Positions 31,025-39,471 of a stretch of DNA of 39,471 bases are shown piece after piece. How positions within the stretch are numbered: the stretch's first letter is position 1; each line of letters starts with the position of its first letter. Source of the DNA: Desulfobacteraceae bacterium (GTDB taxonomy: Bacteria; Desulfobacterota; Desulfobacteria; Desulfobacterales; ETH-SRB1); assembly GCA_013792055.1 (NCBI GenBank), contig VMSQ01000189.1:1-39471 (forward strand), read 5' to 3'. The position numbers and the translations under genes were made by a program. Below the pieces are notes generated by a model that saw nothing but the letters and a program-made list of their open reading frames with translations, was not told the origin of the DNA and did no database searches.

Positions 31025-34000
31025 CTAAGTTTTTTGCTCGGCCTCAAGCAATTGCTGTATGCCCTGCAGGGGGATTTGTATCCATCCCGGGCGGTTGTTC
31101 AACTCATAGCCCATCTCATAGATGGCTTTTTCCAGCAGATAAGCATCCAGTAAAACGTTAAGTTCTTGCCTTGTCTGTGGTAAAAAGTCACCTTGATCGC
31201 AAACCTTCAGGTAAAATTTTAAAAATATAGCCGACACCCATATTTGCCACAAGTCTCCCCATGAATCCAGGTATGGCAGGGTTTCCCGGTTGGCCGGCCA
31301 TAGGGCTTTATGTTTTAAAAGGGCCGTGTGGACCACATAGTGAAAAGAGCGCAGCATACCGGCAACATCCCGCAAGGGGGACCGCTTTATCCGACGTTCG
31401 GAAATGGTGCGGGCCGGTTCCCCCTCGAAATCGATGATCACAAAATCGTTTCCGGTATAAAGTACCTGCCCAAGGTGATAATCCCCGTGGCAGCGCATGC
31501 GCATGGCAGTGATTTTTATGTCGAGAAGGGCACGAAAACGGCCCAGGATTTCCTGCTTGCGTTCGAGTATGTTCCGGGCCATGGCAAGAGATTCCTGGGG
31601 AAGATCCTTCAGGCGCTTGCCAAGGAGCAGAAGGTTTTTTTCGGTCAGGGTGCGCATGGACTGGTAAAGCGATCGCTGGTAGATCTTGGAAAAAGGCTCC
31701 GGAACAAACTGCGGCGCATGTTCGCCTGCGGCGCAAAGCGCCAGATGGAGCTCTCCGGTGCGCTGACCTAAAAGCCGGGCTGATTCTACATAAGAACCCA
31801 TACAGTCAAATATTTCCGGCGGTGGCTCAGCATCCATCAGATCCAGTAAAGACCCGCAAAATATGGGTGGGGGCTGTTTGCCGGCCGGTTGCGTCAAAAC
31901 ATGTTCAAAAGAGTGGGCCAACATATCTAGCGTATACTGCCAGGCATCTCCCTGATTTTGAACAAAACCCTGAAGGATGGCCAACGTTGCCGGTTCCTGA
32001 CGGTCTTTGCGATATTCGATGGCCCCGGCTAACGGGGGAATGGATCTGAAACCCTTTTCGGTTAAAAACCTTCCAATTTCCAGGTCCGGATTTATTCCCG
32101 GCTGAAACCTTCTGAAAAGCTTTAATATATATTTGTTCCCATATACCAGCGAGGTATTGCTTTGTTCGGCTTTGAGTATCGATGGCTCCGGGGAGGCTTC
32201 GAGGGGTCCGACGATTTGTTTAAACATGCGGGTCGTAGAGATCGTTATTTTGCCATCTGCGCCTTTGCGATGATTCCATCGCGCCATGGTTTCCAGCAAC
32301 GCTTTGCCGAAAGCCTTGACGGTAAAGGGGTCAAAAAGAATTCCTTCTTCTTTTTTGTCGGTTATGAACAGGCGGGCAACCACCAGATGCGGCCATAACC
32401 GGAGAATCTCTTCGGCCTGCTTACCCGTGGCATAAGATAAAGGCAGGACATAGGTTTCAGGATCTCCTTCCAGATAATCCACCGCAACCAAGGCGATGGT
32501 TGCCGGAAAATCTTTATGCTGCGGCAGTGGGATGAGTTCCTGGATGCGCACAAATTTGATCTGGCGGGCTTTTCCTCCAAACCAGCGCTGCTTCCCGAGA
32601 TATGCACCGAGCAGGTTTTCCAGCCGGTGCTTTTTCCTGTCGCTGAAAATACGTTCCCATTTACCGTCAATCTCCAAAGTGGAAAGCAGGGTTTGCAGGG
32701 TAACGGCCTCTTCCGGTCCTCCCGACTCCGGTGGTTGCAGTAAAAACCAGTAAAAGGCGTGAGGACCCAATGTAAACGGATATGGATTTTCTCCCACGCC
32801 GGGAAATTTCGTGCGACCGAATATTTCGATGGGAGTCGCTCCCCGATAGGCGGAAAGATCGAGTTCCACATATTGGACAAAGCGTGAAAGATTGGCAACT
32901 ACCAGAATCCGCTCTTCGTCGTGGGCTCGAATAAAGGAAAATATTTTGGGATTGTCGGGATGCAAGAACTGCATGGTTCCACGGCTGAAAGCCTTGAACC
33001 GCTTTCGAAGCATAATAAGACGCTTCATCCACCACAACAGGGAATGCGGGTTATTCTGCTGGGTCTGCACATTGATGACTTCATAATGATATTCAGGATC
33101 AATGATAATGGGCAGATAGAGCTGCTGAGGATTGGCGCCTGAAAACCCGGCGTTTCTATCCGCACTCCAGTGCATGGGCGTGCGCACGCCGTTGCGGTCC
33201 CCCAGATAGACGTTGTCTCCCATGCCGATTTCGTCTCCGTAGTAAATCACCGGTGTCCCGGGAACGGAAAAAAGAATGCCGTTCATCAGTTCAATTCTTC
33301 GGCGGTGATTTCCCAGAAGAGGGGCAAGTCGGCGGCAGATGCCCTGGTTTAATCGCATCCGAGGATCATGGCCGTAGGCCCGATACATGTAATCGCGCTC
33401 TTCGTCCGTGACCATTTCCAGCGTTAGTTCATCGTGATTCCGCAAAAAAACCGCCCACTGGCAAGCGTCCGGTATCGCCGGGGTCTGTTCGAGAATATCG
33501 ACAAGGGGAAGCCGGTCTTCCATTTGCAGCGCCATAAAGAGGCGGGGCATCAGCGGAAAGTGGAAAGCCATATGAACCTCGTCCCCATCGCCAAAATAGG
33601 CCGCGGCATCCTCGGGCCATTGGTTGGCCTCTCCCAGCAGCATCCGATGTGGGTATCTGCTTTCCAGATGACCTCGCAGCCGTTTTAAAAATTCGTGGGT
33701 TTCGGGCAGGTTTTCACAATTGGTGCCCTCGCGCTCATACAGGTACGGTACCGCATCCAGTCGCATGCCATCCACCCCCATTGCCAGCCAGAAATCCAAA
33801 ACCTTGAAGATGGCCCGGTGCACTTTCGGGTTGTCGTAGTTTAAATCAGGTTGGTGGGAATAAAACCGGTGCCAGTAATAAGCGTTTGACACCGGGTCCC
33901 AGGCCCAGTTGGAGGATTCAAAATCCTGAAAAATAATCCTGGCCTCTTGAAACCGGTTCGGTGTATCATTCCACACGTAAAAATTTCGCCAGGCACTGCC

Positions 34001-34393
34001 GGGTTTGGCACGTCGGGCGTGCTGGAACCAGGAATGCTGGTCGGAAGTGTGGTTGATTACCAGTTCGGTGATCACCCGCAACTCGCGCCGATGGGCCTCG
34101 CGCATAAACTTCTTAAAATCCTGAAGTTTTCCATAAGAAGGATGGATGCTGGTATAATCGGAAATATCATACCCGTCGTCCTTTAAGGGAGAAGGGTAAA
34201 AAGGGAGCAGCCAGATGGCGGTCACGCCCAGGTCCTGCAGATAATCAAGCTTTTCACAAAGCCCTTTAAAATCGCCAATCCCATCGTTGTTGCGGTCAAA
34301 AAAGGTTTTTACATGAAGCTGGTAAATAATGGCATCTTTGTACCAGAGGGGATCGTCTCCTGAAACTGAATCTTTTTTTAAAACTTTGGTCAT
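31025..34393 (-). CDS. treS: Trehalose synthase fused to maltokinase (TreS-Pep2/Mak)
   Basis: WYKDAIIY, RLDAVPY, EANQWPED, RNHDELTLE; C-terminal QRWFGGK, EQSNTS, HGDYHLGQV, IDFEGEP. Confidence 0.95.
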   Translation of the reverse strand: MTKVLKKDSVSGDDPLWYKDAIIYQLHVKTFFDRNNDGIGDFKGLCEKLDYLQDLGVTAIWLLPFYPSPLKDDGYDISDYTSIHPSYGKLQDFKKFMREAHRRELRVITELVINHTSDQHSWFQHARRAKPGSAWRNFYVWNDTPNRFQEARIIFQDFESSNWAWDPVSNAYYWHRFYSHQPDLNYDNPKVHRAIFKVLDFWLAMGVDGMRLDAVPYLYEREGTNCENLPETHEFLKRLRGHLESRYPHRMLLGEANQWPEDAAAYFGDGDEVHMAFHFPLMPRLFMALQMEDRLPLVDILEQTPAIPDACQWAVFLRNHDELTLEMVTDEERDYMYRAYGHDPRMRLNQGICRRLAPLLGNHRRRIELMNGILFSVPGTPVIYYGDEIGMGDNVYLGDRNGVRTPMHWSADRNAGFSGANPQQLYLPIIIDPEYHYEVINVQTQQNNPHSLLWWMKRLIMLRKRFKAFSRGTMQFLHPDNPKIFSFIRAHDEERILVVANLSRFVQYVELDLSAYRGATPIEIFGRTKFPGVGENPYPFTLGPHAFYWFLLQPPESGGPEEAVTLQTLLSTLEIDGKWERIFSDRKKHRLENLLGAYLGKQRWFGGKARQIKFVRIQELIPLPQHKDFPATIALVAVDYLEGDPETYVLPLSYATGKQAEEILRLWPHLVVARLFITDKKEEGILFDPFTVKAFGKALLETMARWNHRKGADGKITISTTRMFKQIVGPLEASPEPSILKAEQSNTSLVYGNKYILKLFRRFQPGINPDLEIGRFLTEKGFRSIPPLAGAIEYRKDRQEPATLAILQGFVQNQGDAWQYTLDMLAHSFEHVLTQPAGKQPPPIFCGSLLDLMDAEPPPEIFDCMGSYVESARLLGQRTGELHLALCAAGEHAPQFVPEPFSKIYQRSLYQSMRTLTEKNLLLLGKRLKDLPQESLAMARNILERKQEILGRFRALLDIKITAMRMRCHGDYHLGQVLYTGNDFVIIDFEGEPARTISERRIKRSPLRDVAGMLRSFHYVVHTALLKHKALWPANRETLPYLDSWGDLWQIWVSAIFLKFYLKVCDQGDFLPQTRQELNVLLDAYLLEKAIYEMGYELNNRPGWIQIPLQGIQQLLEAEQKT

Positions 34394-34406
34394 GGCGGTT
34401 GCACCT

Positions 34407-36398
34407 TTAAATAAAGTAATCGAAATCCTGTTCGGTTCGCAAACGGCGTCTTACCCGGAAAATGTGCGCGGGGACGATCTGGGGGTTGATCTCCACATAG
34501 CCTCGGGGTCCATGCCACAGGTAGCGCGCATCGCTCAGCAGATCATGCATCTGGTATGAGTGCTGTAGATCAAGGCTCAATTCTGACAGGGGCAGTTCCA
34601 GCCAGCCGGTATGACTGTGGTGGGGGTCAAGATTAACCACCACAACAATGATGTTGGAAAAATCTTCGGTATGTTTGCTATAAGCGATCAGCTGGTCGCT
34701 GTCGACAGGAAGAAACTGGAGGCTCCAATCACTTTGAAGGGCCGGGTTCTCTCTGCGGAGCTGATTCACCCGGGAGATAAAGTCTTTGAGGTTCCGGGGA
34801 CTTTTAATGTCCCATAGTTTAATTTCATACTTTTCGGAATCCAGATATTCTTCGCTCCGTCGCTCCCGAGGCCTGTTCTCGCATAACTCAAAGGCCGGTC
34901 CGTAAATCCCGTAATTTGCCCCAAGGGTTGCTGCCAGAACCAGCCGGGACATGAAGGCAGCCCTTCCCCCGATCTGCAGATACTCGGTGAGAATATCCGG
35001 CGTATTGGGCCAGAGGCTGGGTCTGAAAAATTCCCGCACGCCTGTCTCCTTTAATTCCGTAAAGTACTTGGTGATCTCCCATTTGGTGTTGCGCCAGGCA
35101 AAATAAGTGTAAGACTGGGAAAATCCCAGCTTTGCCAGGTTGTACATGATCTTGGGCCGGGTAAAAGCTTCGGCCAGGAAAATAATATCGGGATAGTCCC
35201 TTTTAACCTCTGAGATGAGCCATTCCCAGAAGGAGAGGGGTTTGGTATGCGGGTTATCCATCCTGAATATTCGAACACCCTGATCAATCCAGAAATAGAC
35301 GATACTTTTGAGTTCTTCCCAGAGTTCCTGCCATTTTTCGGTTTCGAAGTCGAAAGGATAAATGTCTTCATATTTCTTGGGTGGGTTTTCGGCATACTGG
35401 ATGGTGCCATCCGGACGCAGGCGAAACCATTCGGGGTGTTCATGGACACAGGGATGGTCCGGCGAACATTGGAAGGCCAGATCTAAAGCCACTTCAATCC
35501 CCAGTTTTTGGGCCGCTAAGACCATGTTGCCGAACTCGCCAAGGGTCCCCAGCCGGTGGTGAATCGCTTTATGTCCTCCCTCGTGGGAGCCAATGGCCCA
35601 CGGGCTTCCCGGAGCATCCGGCTCAGCAACCGGCGAGTTGTTTTTCCCTTTCCGATGCGTGTGCCCGATGGGGTGGATCGGCGGCAAATACAGTACGTCA
35701 AAACCCATTTTAGCAATATACGAAAGTCTGGCCTCGCAGTCTTTGAATGTCGCGTGGCGCTTCATTCCATTGGCACAGGAACGCGGAAACATTTCATACC
35801 AGGTGCTATAACAGGCCTTCTTTCGATCTACGACGGCCATGAGTTCTTTGTCCCAGGTGACGGCGGACTGTCTAAAGGGGTGCTTGGCCATCAGGGCCGC
35901 AAGTTCATCATCTAAAGCCAGACGGATTTTATGTTCCAGGAGTTGATCGGATTTTAGCGTCTTTGCCCAATCCGCCAGCCTTTTGCCGGCGGTTTCAGGA
36001 TCTGCCGCACCGGCAGCGTTGATTATTTCGGCGCCTATTAACAGGGACATGGAAACATCCTGATCAGCCGCCAGTCTCTTTTGCAGATCCTTGCGCCAGG
36101 TTTTGAACGGATCGATCCATCCCCGGACAGTGTAGCAATATCGTCCGGTTTCCGATACCACAAAAACCCCCTGCCAGTGATCGTTGTTTATAAACATCAA
36201 GGAGACTGCACTCCATTGGGGTGTCGTTTCTTTTCGGTACAGCAGTTCGGCGCCCAAGACATCATGCCCGTCGGCAAAAATATCCGCTTCCACCACAATC
36301 GCTTCACCCGCAATCCGCTTGATAGGATAGCGGCCACCGTCGACTTGCGGTTTTACGCTTTCGATAAAAATCCGATTGAATGCTGGTTTGGCTTTCAT
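34407..36398 (-). CDS. glgE: Alpha-1,4-glucan:maltose-1-phosphate maltosyltransferase
   Basis: WYEMFPRS, YAENPPKKYEDI, RMDNPHTKP, AEAFTRP, PNTPDIL; AGGAG RBS. Confidence 0.95.
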   Translation of the reverse strand: MKAKPAFNRIFIESVKPQVDGGRYPIKRIAGEAIVVEADIFADGHDVLGAELLYRKETTPQWSAVSLMFINNDHWQGVFVVSETGRYCYTVRGWIDPFKTWRKDLQKRLAADQDVSMSLLIGAEIINAAGAADPETAGKRLADWAKTLKSDQLLEHKIRLALDDELAALMAKHPFRQSAVTWDKELMAVVDRKKACYSTWYEMFPRSCANGMKRHATFKDCEARLSYIAKMGFDVLYLPPIHPIGHTHRKGKNNSPVAEPDAPGSPWAIGSHEGGHKAIHHRLGTLGEFGNMVLAAQKLGIEVALDLAFQCSPDHPCVHEHPEWFRLRPDGTIQYAENPPKKYEDIYPFDFETEKWQELWEELKSIVYFWIDQGVRIFRMDNPHTKPLSFWEWLISEVKRDYPDIIFLAEAFTRPKIMYNLAKLGFSQSYTYFAWRNTKWEITKYFTELKETGVREFFRPSLWPNTPDILTEYLQIGGRAAFMSRLVLAATLGANYGIYGPAFELCENRPRERRSEEYLDSEKYEIKLWDIKSPRNLKDFISRVNQLRRENPALQSDWSLQFLPVDSDQLIAYSKHTEDFSNIIVVVVNLDPHHSHTGWLELPLSELSLDLQHSYQMHDLLSDARYLWHGPRGYVEINPQIVPAHIFRVRRRLRTEQDFDYFI

Positions 36399-36528
36399 GC
36401 GATGATTCTCCTGTTATGATCCAATTTTAAATGCAGCAAAATTAAATTTTTAAGTATTTTCGCGAACCATGTCAATATTTTATTATGCTTCGCTCTACTT
36501 AAACTTGACACCAACCCATCAGTATTAT

Positions 36529-36689
36529 ACCTAAATTGAGCGATTTTTTACTCGACCTGCACCAATCTTTTGCGCATCAAGGACTTACGAAAAGTCTCGA
36601 CATATCCATTGGTATGCCTACGCTTTTCGCAAACCTTGCTGCATCAATATCTTGGCACATTTCTTCGCAAAAAATCGCTCAACTTAGGT
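36529..36689. mobile_element. 161 bp MITE-like element with 21 bp terminal inverted repeats
   Basis: ACCTAAATTGAGCGATTTTTT / AAAAAATCGCTCAACTTAGGT (1 mismatch), TAT on both flanks, nested internal palindromes (CAAGG..CGAAAAG / CTTTTCG..CCTTG). Confidence 0.85.
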
Positions 36690-36724
36690 TATATTTTTTT
36701 GATGTTAACATAAGGAGGATCTAA

Positions 36725-37270
36725 ATGAAACAGAGAAAGAAAGCTTCAACTTTTTGTGTAATTTTCTTTGGTGTATTTGTTTTGTTCCTGTGTGGTAATG
36801 GCTCAGGCATCTGCCAGGGATGGACTGACCTGACAATACGCCGTCTTCCGGATTCTTCTTTTGCAATTGTTGAATCAGGCGAGGCGGGAAAGAAGCTGCG
36901 CCACTGTCCCCATCACGATCCGAACGGCAAGCTCGATGAAGAGCAATTGATATACGTGCTTGGGACCCTGGAGAGGGAAACGTGGCTTGATCTAACGAAC
37001 AGTAATGCTGCAAAAAAGCATCTGGAGAATCACTACGACAAGTTCATAACAAAGACCATGAAAAAAGGATTGCAGGGAACTGTTGACATCAACAGGGCAG
37101 GGCTCACCGAACTTGTAATTCTTCCAAATATCGGACCAGTAATTGCTGTAAAGATCATAGAATATAGAAATATGCACGGCCTGTTTGAATCCATTGAGGA
37201 TTTAAAAAAAGTGGAAGGGATCGGCAGCGGCACTTTTAACGCTGTTCGACATTATATAAGCACTCATTAG
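36725..37270 (+). CDS. ComEA-like helix-hairpin-helix DNA-binding protein with atypical middle domain
   Basis: AAGGAGG RBS; N-terminal hydrophobic segment; VDINRA..EL..LPNIGP..A.KII.YR...G.F.SIEDL..VEGIG. Confidence 0.82.
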   Translation: MKQRKKASTFCVIFFGVFVLFLCGNGSGICQGWTDLTIRRLPDSSFAIVESGEAGKKLRHCPHHDPNGKLDEEQLIYVLGTLERETWLDLTNSNAAKKHLENHYDKFITKTMKKGLQGTVDINRAGLTELVILPNIGPVIAVKIIEYRNMHGLFESIEDLKKVEGIGSGTFNAVRHYISTH

Positions 37271-37365
37271 CTTCCCCAGCCCCTGAATTATTTATGATAT
37301 TATTGAGATAAGGGATATCGAATTACCCCTTATATACAACACGTTACAGGTTAGGAGAAATAACC

Positions 37366-38133
37366 ATGTACGAACGAGATATAGTACGTCTTAGAGAATT
37401 GCTCCTCAAACAGCGCAATGAGATCTTTGAAAGGCTTCGGCGGCTTGAATCTGATTGGAAGGTGCTGGAAGAACGCGATATTGAACTGGAAGAAGAATCT
37501 CAAAAGGCTGATATAACCAGTCTTTACGACCAGTTGGATGAACGTGAAAAGATACAAATCGAAGAAATCGATCTATCACTGTGTAGAATTGCCGCTGGTA
37601 GCTACGGGGTGTGTGAAAGCTGTCAGAAATTGATTTCTTTGAAACGGCTGGATGTGTTACCTTCAACTCGCCTATGTCGCAAGTGTGCACACAGGTATGA
37701 GGAAGAACAAAAGAGGTTGCCTCGGGCTGAAGAGGTAATTGTCTGTGAGGAACTACCCAGCGAGTATAAGGGCCTGTCCAGCGAACAACTGCGTCTGTTG
37801 ATTTTTGAACATCTACGCAATGACGGTCGGGTCGATGTTGAAGAACTCAAGATCTTCTGTAAAAATAAAATAATTTATCTTGAGGGCATTGTCCCGAGCG
37901 AGAAAGAGCACCAAATTCTACTAAGGATTCTAAGAGATATAATGGGCTTTACGTCCATTGTTGATCATCTTCAAACCACTGAACTGATATGGGAGAGGGA
38001 GGATCGCTCCCCTGGCAGAGCCGATTATACCCCCAGCGTTGATGTTGATGAAATCACAGACGATGTGTTTGAGTCACAGGAAAAGGAAATCCCTTATATG
38101 TTTCCCGATCAACCGCCGCCAGAAGAAGAATAA
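37366..38133 (+). CDS. TraR/DksA C4 zinc-finger protein fused to a BON-like domain
   Basis: Coiled coil, YGVCESC...RL..LP....CRKC; then LRNDGRVD...IIYLEGIVPS...IVDHL; AGGAG RBS. Confidence 0.82.
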   Translation: MYERDIVRLRELLLKQRNEIFERLRRLESDWKVLEERDIELEEESQKADITSLYDQLDEREKIQIEEIDLSLCRIAAGSYGVCESCQKLISLKRLDVLPSTRLCRKCAHRYEEEQKRLPRAEEVIVCEELPSEYKGLSSEQLRLLIFEHLRNDGRVDVEELKIFCKNKIIYLEGIVPSEKEHQILLRILRDIMGFTSIVDHLQTTELIWEREDRSPGRADYTPSVDVDEITDDVFESQEKEIPYMFPDQPPPEEE

Positions 38134-38176
38134 AGTAGCAACTTGCCGTTTCTATAGGAAATAAGGAGAGAATGAG

Positions 38177-38707
38177 ATGAAACTTCCATTGCAAATTACC
38201 GCTCGAAACTTTGAACTTACCGAGACAATCGAAGACTTAATTTACGAGAAAGCAGAAAAACTGGATCTTTGTTATGATCAAATTATGAGATGCAGTGTAC
38301 TGGTTGAAGCCCCTCATCGCCATCATCGCAAAGGAATTTTATACGATGTGCGGATAGATATTACGATACCGGGCAGAGAATTAGTTGTTACAAGAGAGGC
38401 ACATGAAGATCTTTATGTCGCTATAGGAAATGCCTTCCGTGTAGCCTGTCGTCAGCTTGAAAATTACACTGAGCGGCTGCGCGGGGATGTGAAACACCGC
38501 GAAGAAAAACCTCGTGCTTTTGTAAGCTCTCTGTTCCCGGAAAAGGGCTATGGATTTCTGACCACACCTGATGGCCGGGAGATATATTTCCATCGAAACA
38601 GCGTAATAGGGGATAAGTTTAAAAAGCTAAATATAGGAACCAGAGTATATTTTGTTGAAGAATTAGGAGAAAAAGGGCCTCAGGCCAGTACTGTAAAGCT
38701 ATCATAG
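38177..38707 (+). CDS. HPF/RaiA ribosome-associated protein with C-terminal cold-shock domain
   Basis: LQITARN..LT, EDLYVAI..AF (S30AE fold) plus GYGFL / IYFHRNS / KGPQAS (CSD). Confidence 0.9.
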   Translation: MKLPLQITARNFELTETIEDLIYEKAEKLDLCYDQIMRCSVLVEAPHRHHRKGILYDVRIDITIPGRELVVTREAHEDLYVAIGNAFRVACRQLENYTERLRGDVKHREEKPRAFVSSLFPEKGYGFLTTPDGREIYFHRNSVIGDKFKKLNIGTRVYFVEELGEKGPQASTVKLS

Positions 38708-38765
38708 GTTAGCGGATTAAAAATAAGGAGATACTCCACGAGAGGATTGAAAAGCTAAGTTCTTA

Positions 38766-39471
38766 GCTCCCGCATGGGGAGCGACTGAAAACTTTTTTGA
38801 AGATATGGGAGAAAGACCAGTTTCAATCCACGCTCCCGCATGGGGAGCGACAACAGTTTGTCTTAACTCCATACCACATTTACAAGGTTTCAATCCACGC
38901 TCCCGCATGGGGAGCGACATTTCCTGAGCTATCTCTCTTTTTTCTGCTTCTGTGTTTCAATCCACGCTCCCGCATGGGGAGCGACCAATATGCCTTGCTT
39001 TTTCATGCTCCGAATATATGTTTCAATCCACGCTCCCGCATGGGGAGCGACTCACCACTTAAAAGTGGTGATTATTTTTTGGGAGTTTCAATCCACGCTC
39101 CCGCATGGGGAGCGACTCACAGTTGCCCGTAACGCTATCTGGAGCAAAATGTTTCAATCCACGCTCCCGCATGGGGAGCGACTGCTAAAGACTACCTGGG
39201 GGTTGCACCAGGGCCTGTTTCAATCCACGCTCCCGCATGGGGAGCGACTACACGCAATACGCCCTATAGCCGCAAGAGATATGTTTCAATCCACGCTCCC
39301 GCATGGGGAGCGACGACAAACGATATGCCATCCCGCTTACCATTACCGAGTTTCAATCCACGCTCCCGCATGGGGAGCGACTTCATCTTTTAAATCTTCT
39401 TGATCTGTATCACCTGTTTCAATCCACGCTCCCGCATGGGGAGCGACTACACGCAATACGCCCTATAGCCG
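38766..39471 (-). CRISPR. CRISPR array with type I-C-like 32 bp repeat, running off the window end
   Basis: Ten identical GTTTCAATCCACGCTCCCGCATGGGGAGCGAC copies (starts 38820, 38887, 38954, 39020, 39085, 39151, 39217, 39283, 39350, 39416) plus a 20 bp partial at 38766; spacers 33-35 bp. Minus strand inferred from the ATTGAAAC 3' end and the degenerate trailer repeat. Confidence 0.98.

Noticed and set aside
12687-36419. Numerous 60-300 aa antisense or alternate-frame ORFs, such as 25353-26261 and 18869-19606
   Set aside because: Shadows of well-supported genes in GC-rich DNA, with no recognisable motifs.
36447-36475. Minus-strand sigma70 promoter for glgE (TTGACA-17-TAAAAA)
   Set aside because: The -10 box lacks the conserved final T; too weak to list as a feature.
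36525-36536. TTATACCTAAAT as a XerD-like arm
   Set aside because: Explained by the TAT flank plus MITE terminus; no matching XerC arm.
36536-36724. 62-aa ORF upstream of the ComEA-like gene
   Set aside because: It lies almost wholly inside the MITE.
38717-39403. ORFs 38717-38920, 38797-39132 and 38990-39403
   Set aside because: Translations of CRISPR repeats and spacers (recurring FQSTLPHGER, VSIHAPAWGAT).

Overview
Bacterial chromosomal window, probably from a Desulfobacterales-like deltaproteobacterium (inference from gene content and repeat types). Left AT-rich part (1-11.7 kb): 5'-truncated UvrD-like helicase, recD, a small-protein/nucleotidyltransferase pair, pgi, an MlaE/MlaF/MlaD/auxiliary-lipoprotein ABC operon, a small Cys-rich ORF and an M48-TPR protease. 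At 11.7-12.7 kb is a decayed zone that the ORF track misses: a frameshifted IS1202/ISNCY-type transposase with one intact end, an attI/dif-like palindrome and an internally deleted PfkB kinase. A visibly more GC-rich ~24 kb trehalose/alpha-glucan cluster follows (betaPGM-OtsB fusion, GH65, MscS, OtsA-OtsB, malQ, treY, GH57/DUF3536, treZ, glgB, treS-maltokinase, glgE), bracketed by an imperfect ~22 bp direct repeat. The right end holds a 161 bp MITE, an atypical ComEA-like gene, a DksA/TraR-BON fusion, an HPF-CSD fusion and the trailer end of a type I-C-like CRISPR array; no cas genes are in the window. The most unusual signals are non-coding: a 41 bp segment shared between the IS remnant and the truncated terminal CRISPR repeat, two different palindromic mini-elements with a common core hairpin, and the island-flanking direct repeat. 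All family calls are from motif recognition by eye, with no database search, and I cannot claim a clearly new multi-gene system.
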